DNA from: Squalus acanthias
Taxonomy: Eukaryota
Direction: 5' to 3'
DNA length: 64,000 bases
Assembly: GCA_030390025.1 (NCBI GenBank)
Contig: CM059432.1
Location: forward strand, 41,170,001-41,234,000
Below, piece by piece: positions 50,445 through 62,816 of this stretch; within the stretch, counting starts at the first letter, position 1; every line of letters starts with the position of its first letter. The notes below the pieces were generated by a model that was not told where the DNA came from, made no database searches, and was given only the letters and a program-made list of their open reading frames with translations. The position numbers were made by a program, and so were the translations under genes.

Positions 50445-51075
50445 TTGTCCTTGTTAAAAGCCTTGGTTAGACCTTATATAGAATACTGTATCCAATTTTG
50501 GCCAACTCACATGTTGGCTGATATAGAGGTCCTGGAAAAAGTTCTGAGGAGAGCCACTAGACTAATACCTAGTTTAAAGACCCTTAGTTACCACAATAGG
50601 CTTAGAGAGCTGCTTCTTTTTACTCTAAAAAAGTCTACACTTTTCTAGAGATTTGGTTGAGCTATTTAAAATAATGAAGGGGTTAGATTTGGCCCATGTG
50701 GATAGGCTATTTGAGTTAGATAGGTTAAGGAGGACCAGGAGATATGCATATAAATTACGTAAGCAGATAACTAGGTTAGATGTCAGGAGGGTTTTCTTTT
50801 CACAGGATCGCTGACCTTTGGAACAAGTAGCTAGCTCCTGCACTGAATGCAGATTTGCTGCAAGCGTTCAAAGGGGAGCTGGATGCGGTCCTAACTGGCT
50901 GACATTACAGCATAAAAATGGTAGGCGATTTGTCTCCCAGTTACTGTGATCTCCTGGAACTTGTGTGATCACCTCCATGGACTGGAGAAGAATTTCCAAA
51001 ATGTTCTCCCCTCTGAATTGACCTCGGGTTTTTGCTTCTCTCTGGAGATTATGTGGCTGTTGGTGGATGGGGGGG
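50445..51075 (+). mobile_element. Old CR1 3' fragment that resumes near 52790
   Basis: ALVRPYIEYCIQFW; 3'UTR similar to 22880-23460. Confidence 0.65.
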
Positions 51076-51090
51076 AGGCGATAAAGTCTT

Positions 51091-52769
51091 GGGGGGAATT
51101 TTCCAGGAAGTCAGCGGGCGTGATCGCCTTTACCAAATGTCGGGTCTGTCAACGCTGAGCAGACCCAACATGCAGCGGCGGGGAAGGCAATTCAGGTCGT
51201 TATGACCTTGTTAACAGAGGATTAACGACAATTTTGAGCTCACCTTTAGAATTTACCAGCTCGCCAACGGGGTCCATGCTGCTCGGAGGTCATGTCTATT
51301 AAACTGGGTGGGAGTTGAATGCCCATGGAATCATCTCATTACTTGACAGCTTGAAATGTGCTATATAAGGTCCCATCTCACAGCTGTTTACTTTCCAAGC
51401 TCAGAAGCTGTTGCTTACTGCATTTAGAAGACAGATTGAGATTTATGCAGGTTGCAAGTGTTTGGAGAAAACTCTCCATCCAGTGTCACTTCATTGGAAC
51501 AACCTCTCTCTCCATTGACAGATCGCTTCTGTCATCTCAAGTTCACCTGCCATCTATTCCATCAGCATGGATACAGTTTATACCTTGGTCCTCAGAATCT
51601 GACCACAATCAGCCGCAACACCAGGCACACCAGCAGCACCAACAACCACACCGACCTTCTCCGCAATCACCTGCTGCTGCACAGGACAGAGGGCATCAGC
51701 ACCCGACCACATTGTTGCCCGTGACGCCAGTGATGGCCTCACCATGGCCAGATTTACTTCACTTGACGCTGCACACCCTGGCTGCCACATAATGCGCCAG
51801 GTTGGCACCACCGCACACCAACAATATAAAGCATCCCTACAATGCACAAGCCATTCCTTTCACACTCGTCAACATTGCGGAGGGTGCCGTTATGTCTCAC
51901 CATTCACTGGAACTCACTAAGCCACTTGCAAAGGTGCACACAAATCTGTCCAAGAACGCAAAGTGTTGAAAATAAAGATTTCAATGTTTGACAGCACATT
52001 AACAGAAACTTCACATGAACATTGGCTAAAACACACAAGTGCCTACCCTTGTGTGTTGTTAGTTGGTATGATAGGACTAGGATGAGAGTGAGGGGTGGCT
52101 AGTGAGATGGGGAAGTGATAATGTAGATAGAGAGGGATGGGTGGAGGTGCAAAGTAAGTTGGTGTGAGTAAGGATGTGCAGGAGTAGGGTAGGGAAGGCA
52201 GAGTGATGGGAATGTGATGAGTGGTACAGAAGGATGAGGTTGAGTGTGGCTTTGCAGTAACATTTCATGATCTATTGAGATCATTGAAAGGTTTGCACCA
52301 CTGCAGCCTGGTCGTCCTGACGACATCCCTGCTTGTGTCCTCCTGTGCAATGTGCAACCAGGCTGCGTTGATCTCCTGGGGAGGTTTCTTTCGCCCATGG
52401 GAAGGGAAGAGAACCTCCCTGCATGCTGTGACTCCCTCCATAAGCATATGGAGGGAGTCATGGGAGAGCCTGGGTGCAGACGTGCACCTCTGTGCAGTGC
52501 TTGTCAGTGTTTGCAACACCTCAATGCTGTAGAACACTGACAGCACAACTGTCAAAGTAAATTTGCGCATGGTCCTTTTAAGGAAACCGGCTGATGACGC
52601 GTCATCAAACCCGCTTCCATCAATTGGACCGGGAAACGCACTGGGCGGGCTTAACAAGCCCAATCAGGGGAAAGTCATGCCGGAGGCCGGGATGGAGCCA
52701 GCAGCGAGGCCGTGACCCGCCACTGACCTCGCCCGCCACGGACCCACCGAGGTAGGGAAAATCACGGCC
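51091..52769. mobile_element. Internally deleted PIF/Harbinger element: transposase N-terminus (+) and Myb/SANT-like ORF relic (-)
   Basis: Ends GGGGGGAATTTTCC / GGAAAATCACGGCC. Minus-strand peptide APRLSHDSLHMLMEGV..REVLFP..AWLHIA..QWCKPFNDL. Right end resembles 20540-20717. Confidence 0.72.
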
Positions 52770-52902
52770 ATAGTGTTAAATTGGACCATGACGGTATGGG
52801 ACAGGCTCGATGGACCAGCTGATCGTAGAGGCCGGGGGATTATTGGACACAAATGTAATTCAGATCCATTTTAACGTTCTATGTTATAATAGAATAGTTA
52901 AT

Positions 52903-52972
52903 TTCTATTATAAGTATGGATATAGGAATTTATTTTCCATCATAAATTCCTATATCCATACTTATAATAGAA
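52903..52972. repeat. Perfect 31-bp inverted repeat with an 8-nt loop
   Basis: TTCTATTATAAGTATGGATATAGGAATTTAT-tttccatc-ATAAATTCCTATATCCATACTTATAATAGAA. Confidence 0.95.
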
Positions 52973-53469
52973 GTTACCTTTTGTAAACTGTACCATCACC
53001 ACTGGTGAAAGGGTATAATTGCAAAATGACTAATTTACGTAGCCCACTTCCATTGTAAATGTGGACACAGTAATTTATAATGGAAAAAGTTAATAGGAAG
53101 TGTTCACAGACATAAGATTTTTAATATTTAACCAGTCGATCTTAAATGAGAGCCCAACCTTCTAATGAGGGTGAGATGTACCTAAATCATGAATCAGATG
53201 CCACATTTGAACATTAGGTGGGGATAGATCAATTTACGAGCCAGAAACCATTCCTAATTATCCATCTAATAGTGGGTTTGGGATTTCTTATCTCTCCCCT
53301 GCCCCCCCCCCATTTATATAATACAATCATGTATAATCATTGAATAGTGTATCAATTTGTATTACACAGGGTATATATCATGATAACAAAGATTAGGTAC
53401 AAATATGGATTAATCATAGCATGCATATGTATATTATATTGATGAGGACTAAGCATTACATACTACATG

Positions 53470-54523
53470 TATGATACTAAGATGGGAGGGAAAGTAGTGA
53501 GTGAGGAGGACATAAAAAATCTGCAAGGGGACATAGACAGGCTAAGTAAGTGGGCAGAGATTTGGCAGATGGAATACAATACTGGAAAGTGTGAGGTTAT
53601 GCACTTTGGCAGGAAAAATAGTAGAGCAAGTTATTATCTAAATGGCAAGAAACTGGAAAGTACTGAAGTACAAAGGGATCTGGGGGTCCTGGTGCACGAA
53701 ACTCAAAAGGTTAGTATGCAGGTGCAGCAAGTGATTAAGAAGGCCAATGGAATGTTGGCTTTCATTGCTAAGGGGATAGAATATAAAAATAGGGAGGTAT
53801 TGCTTCAGTTGTACAAGGTATTGGTGAGACCGCACCTGGAATACTGCATACAGTTTTGGTGTCCATACTTAAGAAAAGACATACTTGCTCTCGAGTCAGT
53901 ACAAAGAAGGTTCACTCGGTTAATCTCAGGGATGAGGGGATGGACATATGAGGAGAGGTTGGGTAGATTGGGACTCTACTCATTGGAGTTCAGAAGAATG
54001 AGAGGCGATCTTATTGAAACATAAGATTGTGAAGGGGTTGGATCGGGTGGATGCGGGGAGGATGTTCCCGATGATGGGTGAAACTAGAACTAGGGGGCAT
54101 AGTCTTAGAATAAGGGGCTGCTCTTTCAAAACTGAGATGAGAAGGAACTACTTCACTCAGAGGGTGGTAGGTCCATGGAATATGCTGCCCCAAAAAGCTG
54201 TAGAAGCTACATCATTACATAAATTTAAAACAGAAATAGACAGTTTCCTAGAAGTAAAGGGAATTAAGGGTTACGGGGAGCGGGCAGGAATTTGGACATG
54301 AGTCCAGGTTCGGATCGGTCATGGCCCTGTGGGTAGCGTAGCGGGCCCAGGGGCCGTGTAGCCTGATCCTGCTCCTATTTCGTGTGTCCAATTCTGTTAG
54401 GTTCAGGAGATGGTTCTGTGATAGTAGATTGGCGGTTAGGATCAGATCAGCCATGATCTTATTGAATGGCGGAGCAGGCTCGAGGGGCCAATTGGCCTAC
54501 TCCTGCTCCTATTTTGTATGTTC
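53470..54523 (+). mobile_element. CR1 3' fragment with a doubled 3'UTR (same subfamily as 48826-50413)
   Basis: ORFs 53467-54024 and 54014-54301. Confidence 0.9.
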
Positions 54524-54713
54524 GTAATCAAAATTCACACCTTAGTTTCCAAAAATTAAAAATGTGTACGCTCAACATATCCTCGATTACATATTGCCAA
54601 AAAAATAGGAATGCTCTTCCCTCTAAAAGTAAAAAGTGGATATACAATGGCACTTCCCAAAGAATGAAAATGTGCTGTAGTTTTGCTTATTTTTATAAAA
54701 TTATTTCTTTTAG

Positions 54714-55007
54714 GAACAGGATACAAATCAAAAGAACTTGAAACTCTTTCTGAAGGCCAGACCTTAATGATTGGTGGGAAGGAGATTGAGATTATGGGAC
54801 CGATCTCTGAAAAGGACTTTATGAGTGGCCGCTGTTTCCACTCCACTGTTACTGTTTCATCGCACCTGTCACTGCCAACTCCATCACAGCAGCCTTTGCT
54901 AAAACCATTTACTAGCCCGTTGAGGAACAGTACTGGACCCAGTCAAACAGAACGTGTTGAAAAAACCACCGTGGATTGTAAGCCTAGGCATGATCCAAAT
55001 GCGTCAA
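54714..55007 (+). CDS. RAD54B: RAD54B internal coding exon (equivalent to exon 5)
   Basis: Bounded by tttcttttAG and GTAAGC; 294 bp. Encodes GTGYKSKELETLSEGQTLMIGGKEIEIMG...SGRCF...CKPRHDPNAS and joins in frame to 26888. Confidence 0.93.
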
Positions 55008-55117
55008 GTAAGCAGTTTAATTGGTGTTTGTAATTTTGTGGTTGCTTGTTCAGCCATTACAATGTTAGATTACAGTGGGATCCATACCAATACTGTGATT
55101 GCTGTCACACCTGTCAA

Positions 55118-55530
55118 CTTCTCCGATGGACTAGTGGGTAAAGGCATTGTCGATTATAGTCCTAAACCATACAGGCAGGTTCCAAATCTGATATTTGGCG
55201 TTTACCGAGTTAGTTTATCTTAACTGGGCAGTATTTCAGGTAGTGGGATGGTTAGCACAAGGGGTCTTGAGGCTAGGGAGGGAAAAAAATTAGCCAGGCT
55301 TGTCATTCCTGATCACTATCCCATGGCACTTGCTGGAAAATGTATGCGCGTGTAGATGTTTGAGTTCGTCTGTAATGCCCTCTAAGGTTGACACGCCTGT
55401 TGACACTCAATGTAATGCCCTCTACAGTTAAATAGTCTTCTGGCACTCACTGCCTAGGCTAACAAATGAAGAATGGCCATTTGGGTAAAGTAGCAGGGGC
55501 TGCTGGAACCATTCTCCAGTGTGGAAATGT
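55118..55530 (+). mobile_element. SINE-like dispersed repeat
   Basis: Co-linear with 61840-62300 (cactcactgYctagg..atgaagaatKgcca). Confidence 0.55.
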
Positions 55531-56072
55531 CTTCAGAAGAGGGAGAAAAATAATTAAACATGTTTAAAAAAAAAATGTTTGTCATACTTCTGTCAAACCT
55601 TTGTTCCTTCCACCCTCACCCCAATGTACGGTCTGAGAACGTCATCTGTGGATTGGTTAACTGTGTCCTGAGTGTGCATCTATGTAAAGATTCCGCTCAG
55701 AGCTGGTATTGACTAACAGTCATAGAATCAGAATCTTACAGCACTGAAGGAGGTCATTTGACCCATCGTACCTGTGCTGGCTCTTTGAAAGAGCTATTCA
55801 ATTAGTCCCACTCCCCTGCTCAGCAAATTAAAGATTTCAAATCAGCATATGGGTCTAACACATTTGTAACTTTTTGCAGTTAAATGTGATATCACTGTAG
55901 GAACCCATCTTGAATCCTTGGCTATAACAGACTTTACTGTTTTACCTATTCTAGTGTAATGCAGGATGAAAATCTGTGCATTTGTGTATAACATTGTGTA
56001 CATAAGTTATGGAATAATTTTGCAAAAGTTTGAAGCTAATGGTTAAATGTACGGTTCTCAATTTACCAACAG

Positions 56073-56235
56073 ATGCTTTAGTAATGCCACGACCAAACCT
56101 GAGTCACCAGTGGATCTTTAATAAAGCTGGTCTCCCGTTGGTGGATGTGGTGGTGGACCCTTACCTTACCATACACCTTCGACCTCACCAGTGGGATGGT
56201 GTGATCTTCCTATACGAGTGTATAATGGGAATGAG
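56073..56235 (+). CDS. RAD54B: RAD54B internal coding exon (equivalent to exon 6; Q-motif region)
   Basis: Bounded by caacAG and GTAAG; 163 bp. Encodes [54 protein letters not shown]. Confidence 0.95.
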
Positions 56236-57341
56236 GTAAGCTGACCTGTCTTCCAGTTGCATGGAATAGGTACTGCTGGGTTTTTGTATCTGAAACCAGT
56301 GAATAAGGTCTATCAAGGTTGTTATAAGTCTTTCACAGTCAGCAACACTTGAAGTTTAACTGTCAGGACATTTTTAGCATACAGTACAGTACTTGTGAAA
56401 ACTTAACTCTTATTGATCATGTCTCTTGTTCAACTAGCGTGTTCCAAATTAATAAAATTCTAAAATACACCTGTTCGATCAATCCAATGTGTCATCCCAC
56501 AGACGCAAGGAATGTGTCTACAATATTGTATCTCAATAAAAAAATTTAAAAAGGAAATGTAGCATGTATTTTGTGCCCCTTCTAAAATCAGGAACATGCA
56601 CAGGGTTAAGGTCTGCTGCATTTATACTAAAGCGGACCTTGAAATCTCGTCCTTGTGCAGTTAAACAGGGGTGATGACCATTAGATGACCTACTGTATCA
56701 ATATAATTTGCGGACAAGGGTCACAGATGAAAGACATCACTCTAGGCTCACTTTCTACTACACTACTGCTAGTTCATGCTACTCTGAAACCCACAACTAG
56801 GGAGGGCTCTGTACCAGTTATGGATAGTGTACTAGGTTTATATTTAAAGTTAACATGCAACTCTGTAATTTTGCTAGGAGACCATACACTTAGATCTCAA
56901 ATTCAGCAACCATTTAATATAAATTGGCTAAAATGTAAATACTGAAATGCTTTTTTTCCTGATTGTTCTTGTGCATACAATATGTAAAGGAGAAAACAGA
57001 ACAGGAGTATGTTCAGTGAAAAATTTACTCATCTCCATGAAAACATTTTTTTTTAAAACAACTCTGGTAGGAGATCCTGATTTTAACCTATGTCTCACAC
57101 ATACTCCAATGGATACCTGGCATTTTAGGATGAGAAGAATCTGCAGTAGATAGCATCCTTTTCTGTTCCCAAACAGCTCCTTACAAACCTATTTGATTTT
57201 TACAAATGAACTGTGCACACAAAAGCCGTATGATACATTTTATGTTAATTTTCAATGTTTAAATATTCTCCTTAAAACTTGATGGTTGTGTGGATAATTT
57301 GATTCTAATTCTAGATTGTTAAATATAACAATTGTTTCTAG

Positions 57342-57567
57342 AACAACGGGCAGATTTGGTGCTATCTTGGCTGATGAAATGGGTCTAGGGAAGACCCTGC
57401 AGTGTATAACACTAATCTGGACTCTCATGCGGCAAGGACCTTATGGGAACAAACCTGTCATCAAGAAGACCCTTGTCGTCACTCCAGGGAGTCTCGTAAA
57501 AAACTGGGTCAGAGAGTTCCAGAAATGGCTTGGATCTGAGAGGATGAAGGTTTTTGCAGTTGATCAG
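57342..57567 (+). CDS. RAD54B: RAD54B internal coding exon (equivalent to exon 7; SNF2 ATPase Walker A and motif Ia)
   Basis: Bounded by tttctAG and GTAAT; 226 bp. Encodes [23 protein letters not shown]...[20 protein letters not shown], phase-compatible with the previous exon. Confidence 0.96.
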
Positions 57568-58102
57568 GTAATTTAACATCAGTGCTAATATTTCTCCTTT
57601 CTATTTTGATATGTTTATGGAATTACTATTATGAATAATGCAAATCAAGAGCAAGAATAGTAATCTGTATTGTAAATGATGCTTCCAAATGTCATGTATA
57701 TAAGATCATGAATATTATGGTAACAAGAAAAATATATTTTCATTTACTTACCTTTTGCATGGCGATTTTCTCCATAACAACAAAGTGCTGCAGACAGAAT
57801 AACCTATATCTCACCCTTAGTGTCCTCAGAAGTGGGCCAGTAAGCTACTCCGTTGTAACAACAACTGCTACAAAAGAAAACAGAATAAGCATGGGAGCAC
57901 TATCACCACAAGAACTGCAGTGGTTCAAGGAGAAAGCTCACCGTTACCTTCTCAGGGCAACTAGGGATGGCAATAAATTTGGCCAGTGTCACCCACATTT
58001 CAAGAACAAATTAAAAAAATTACAAAACAAAATCCTTCCTGTCACTTGTTAAAGCAGTAGCAGAAAAGGAAGATAGTGACTTATGTGTAAGACAAACACC
58101 AA

Positions 58103-59418
58103 TGTAAGAATATGGGCTTTTGAGGGTATTTGGAGGGATTTGAAATTGCAAGACTTAAATGACTCTAAGCTTTTTGTTAGAACAGCCATTCTGTAAAATC
58201 TACGGCTTTCGGACTCTCAGGATGACGTATGATCACAAGTGGCCTTGTTATTGCAAAAACAAACTATTATTGTTAGAAGAAAGCAAGGAAAATAACTGGG
58301 AGACTCAGAGCTGTCTACAGCTTATCTCTTATCTCTTTCTATGTCTGTGGGAACGCACAAACTTTTGTAAGTCGTTGAAATATAATCAAATAATTCCCTT
58401 TTACTAATTTTCATTATTAAGCTTTGCTAGATTGCAGTTTAATATTAAGATTGCTAGTTTATACTTTTATTAATTTAGTTTTATTTCTTCTCTGTTAGAA
58501 TTAGGGAAAAGTAATGTTAAATCTAGGTTTTAATTACAGTTAGAACTCTTGTCCTCAAGGTCCTGGGTTGTGTCATCAACCATGGAAACAGAAAACAAGC
58601 ACAGAAAAAGGTTGTGCTAAGGCTAAAAAAACAAATGAGAGGCCCAAGGCCTGTGCTGCACAGAATTTGCCGTGCCTACGATCGGATGGATTTTTCTGTA
58701 GTTCCGGTTTTTGGGGTAGGGTTTTGGGTCATTCTCAGTGTAGAGGGGCCAGGAAGGGCACCAGACTGGTGCAGACGCACATGTGAGTAGAAGGAACGAG
58801 GAATGGGCCGTGCCTTCTACAGTTCTAACTGTAATTAAAACCTAGATTTAACATTACTTTTTCCCTAATTCTAACAGAGAAGAAATAAAACTAAATTAAT
58901 AAAAGTATAAACTAGCAATCTTAATATTAAACTGCAATCTAGCAAAGCTTAATAATGAAAATTAGTAAAAGGGAATTATTTGACTATATTTCAACGACTT
59001 ACAAAAGTTTGCGCGTTCCCACAGACATAGAAAGAAATGAGAGATAAACTGTAGACAGCTCTGAGTCTCTCGGTTATTTTCCTTGCTTTCTTCTAACAGT
59101 AGTAGTTAGTTTTTGCAATAACAAGGCCACTTGTGATCGTATGTCATCCTGAGAGTCCGAAATTATGCAGAACAGCCGTTCTAACAAAAAGCTTAGCATC
59201 ATTTAAGTCTTGCAATGTCTAGAAGGAATGAGGAATGGGCCGTGCCTTCTACCCAAAGGACAATAACGAGTAATCTAATTCTCAATTGTACTTTGTAAAC
59301 TGCTGCTCGAATATTGAGTGTATTAAGTCTCACTTAAATAAAAATATAACTGTTACAATTATGGAGTCAGCTTCGAACCATTGAACCGACAGTCCAAAGG
59401 GACTTCAAATTTATTACA
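58103..59418. mobile_element. Solo LTR (Gypsy/ERV-type) with an internal inverted duplication
   Basis: Termini TGTAAGAA...TTATTACA, 4-bp TSD CCAA (58099-58102 and 59419-59422), AATAAA near 59337. Confidence 0.7.
58145..59216. repeat. About 400-bp inverted repeat (58145-58547 / 58821-59216)
   Basis: Direct reverse-complement comparison; the inner ~160 bp are almost identical. Confidence 0.95.
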
Positions 59419-59474
59419 CCAAGAAAATAGAAGACAAAAGTTTAAACTAAGTTGGCAGGAGGATGGGCACCAGG

Positions 59475-61752
59475 ATGTAGCATTAGGGACCAAAAAGGAG
59501 ACCTACGCGTGGAGACAGAGGGTATGGCTGAGGTGCTAAATGAGTACTTTGCATCTGTCTTCACCAAGGAAGAAGATGCTGCCATAGACATAGTGAAGGA
59601 GGAGTTAGAGGAGATACTGAATGGGATTAAAAATTGTTAAAGAGAAGGTACTAGTACTGGCCATAATCTTCCAATCCTCCTTAGAAATATGGGTGGTGCC
59701 AGAGGACTAGAAAATTGCAAATGTTACACCCTTGTTCAAAAAAGGGTGTAAAGACAAACCCAGCAACTACAGGCCAGTCAGTTTAACCTTGGTAGTGGGG
59801 AAGCTTTTAGAAACAATAATCAGGGACAAAATTAACAGTCACTTGGACAAATGTGGATTAATTAAGGAAAGCCAGCACGGATTTGTTAAAGGCAAATCGT
59901 GTTTAACCAACTTGATCGAGTTTTTTGATGAGGTAACAGAGAGGGTTGATGAGGGCAATGCGGTTGACGTGGTGTACATGGATTTCCAAAAGGCATTCGA
60001 CAAAGTGCCACATAACAGGCTTGCCAGCAAAGTTGAAGCCCATGGAATAAAAGGGACAGTGGCAGCATGGATACGAAATTGGCTAAGTGACAGGAAACAG
60101 AAAGTAGTGGTGAACGGTTGTTTTTCGGACTGGAGGAAAGTACACAGTGGTGTTCCCCAGGGGCCGATTCTAGGACCATTGCTTTTCTTGATATATATTA
60201 ATGACTTGGATGTAGGTGTACAGGGCACAAATTGAAAATTTACTTGGAGGTGGTGGTGTTCCCATACGCCTGCTGTCCTTGTCCTTCTAAGTGGATGAGG
60301 TTGCGGGTTTGGGAGGTGCTGCCGAAGAAGCCTTGGCGAGTTGCTGCAGTGCATCTTGTAGATGGTACACACTGCAGCCACGGTACGCCGGTGGTGGAGG
60401 GAGTGAATGTTTAAGGTGGTGGATGGGGTGCCAATCAAGCGGGATGCTTTGTCCTGGATGGTGTCGAGCTTCCTAAGTGTTGTTGGAGCTGCACTCATCC
60501 AGGCAAGTGGAGAGTATTCCATCACACTCCTTACTTGTGCCTTGTAGATGGTGGAAAGGCTTTGGGGAGTCAGGAGGTGAGACACTCGCCGCAGAATACC
60601 GAGCCTCTGACCTGCTCTTGTTGCCACAGTATTTATGTGGCTGGTCCAGTTAAGTTTCTGGTTAATGGTGACCCCCAGGATGTTGATAGTGGGGGATTCG
60701 GTGATGGTAATGCCATTGAATGTCAAGGGGAGGTGGTTAGACTCTTGCTTGTTGGAGATAGTCATAGCCTGGCACTTGTGTGGCGCGAATGTTACCTGCC
60801 GCTTATCAGCCCAAGCCTGAACGTCGTCCATGTCTTGTTGCATGCGGGCATGGACTGCTTCGTTATCTGTGGAGTTGTGAATGGCACTGAACACTGTGCA
60901 GTCATCAGCGAACATCCCCATTTCTGACCTTATGTTGGAGGGAAGGTCATTGATGAAGCAGCTGAAGATGGTTGGGCCCAGGACATTGCCCTGAGGAACT
61001 CCTGCAGCGATGTCCTGGGACTGTGATGATAGACCTTCAACCACCACAACCATCTTCCTTTGTGCTAGGTATGACTCCAGCCAGTGGAGCGTTTTCCCCC
61101 TGATTCCCATTGACTTCAGTTTTACTGGGGCTCCTTGATGGCTGCCTTGATGTCAAGGGCAGTCACTCTCACCTCACCTCTGGAATTCAGCTCCTTTGTC
61201 CATGTTTGGACCAAGGCTGTAATGAGGTCGGGAGCCGAGTGGTCTTGGCGGAACCCAAACTGGGCATCAGTGAGCAGGTTATTGGTGAGTAAGTGCCGCT
61301 TGATAGCACTGTCGATGACACCTTCCATCACTTTGCTGATGCTGGAGAAGCTGGGGTTATTCTCCTTAGAGCAGAGAAGATTGAGAGGAGATTTGATAGA
61401 GATGTGCAAAATCATGAGGGGTCTGGACAGAGTAGATAGAGAGAAACTGTTCCCATTGGCAGAAGGGTCAAGAACCAGAGGACACAGATTTAAGGTGATT
61501 GGCAGAGGAACCAAAGGCGACATAAGTAAAAACTTTTTTACTCAGCGAGGTTAGGATCTGGAATGCGCTGCCTGAATGGGTGGTGGAGGCAGACTCAATC
61601 ACGGCTTTCAAAAGGGAGTTGGATAAGTACCTGAAGGAAAAAAAATTGCAGGGGAAAGGGCGGGGGAGTGGGACTAGCTGAAGTGCTCTTGCAGAGTTCC
61701 AGCACGGGCTCAACTGGCCGAATGGTCTTCTCCCGTGCTGTAACCATTCTAT
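59475..61752 (+). mobile_element. CR1 RT fragments interrupted by a family-B LINE segment (60242-61340, minus)
   Basis: ORFs 59732-60235 and 61340-61554 on +; family-B RT on the minus strand. Confidence 0.85.
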
Positions 61753-61839
61753 GAAGTTAGCACAGGAACAGTTAATTCTAGGAGCAGAACAGACAAACCC
61801 AAACAGAAACATTAATTGCAATAAGTATTGGAAGATGCA

Positions 61840-62705
61840 CTAATGGCTTATGGAGGTAAACACATCGCTGTGTGCTACTGCACTGTACAGACCAGGATGG
61901 CCCCAGGATCTTTGGTCTAATTTAGCCGATTTCAGCTGGGGCAGAAATAACAACAGCTGGGGCAGAAATAACAACAACAACAACTTGTATTTATATAGCG
62001 CCTTTAATGTAGTAAAACGTCCCAAGGCGCTGCACAGGAGTATTGTAAAAAAAAAAAAAATAGGGACACAACAACTGCCCTCAGTGCTCTGGACTGGGAA
62101 TGGGAAACATCAGCCAGGGTTCCTGCTCCTGATTTACTGTGCAGTGACCCCCACTGAAAAGTATATGTGTGAGGGCAGGAACCAATCCGGTGTAATTTCT
62201 CCCACAGTCAAATAGCCTGACGACACTCACTGTCTAGGATCACGCATGAAGAATTGCCACTTGGGTGAGGAGGAGAGAAAACTGCACTAAAAATACCAGG
62301 GCGACAACACACAGGCAGTCGAGCAGTCAAGATAGGTGTTAGAGAGGTAGAGCTGGATGTCATCAGTGTACATGTTGAACCTGTCTTCGACATGTCTTCG
62401 GACGATATCGCTGAGTGGCAGCATATAGATAAGTAATAAGAGAGGGCCACTTATTACTTATCTATATGCTCCGGAAGTAACAGTGTGATGCATGAAGAGA
62501 AGCCATTGCTGGAGATGCTCTGGCTACAATTGGATAGGTAAGAGTTAAATCAAGCGAGGCAGTCCCACTGAACTGGACAATGGAGGAGAGGCTGTGGCGA
62601 ATGACAGTGTGGTCAACCATGTCAAAGGCTGCAGAGAAGACGAGGAAACACAGTCACAGAGGATGTAATTTGTGACTTTGATTAGGGCCGTTCCAGTGAT
62701 GTCGC
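61840..62705. mobile_element. SINE-like repeat (+) with an inserted L2 tail, followed by an old L2 fragment (-)
   Basis: Similarity to 55118-55530, to the tail at 24125, and to 24900-25290. Confidence 0.55.
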
Positions 62706-62816
62706 AGGCAATATTCCCTCTTATTTTTTTTTCAGAGCGCGGTCTACTCCCCTTGCACTTGAGAGAGCAAAAATGAGGGTCATACCAGGGGGAATGATTA
62801 GGGTGGGTGAGACTAA

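Noticed and set aside
59839..61110. 423-aa novel protein
   Set aside because: Read-through of a family-B RT fragment into antisense CR1 sequence.
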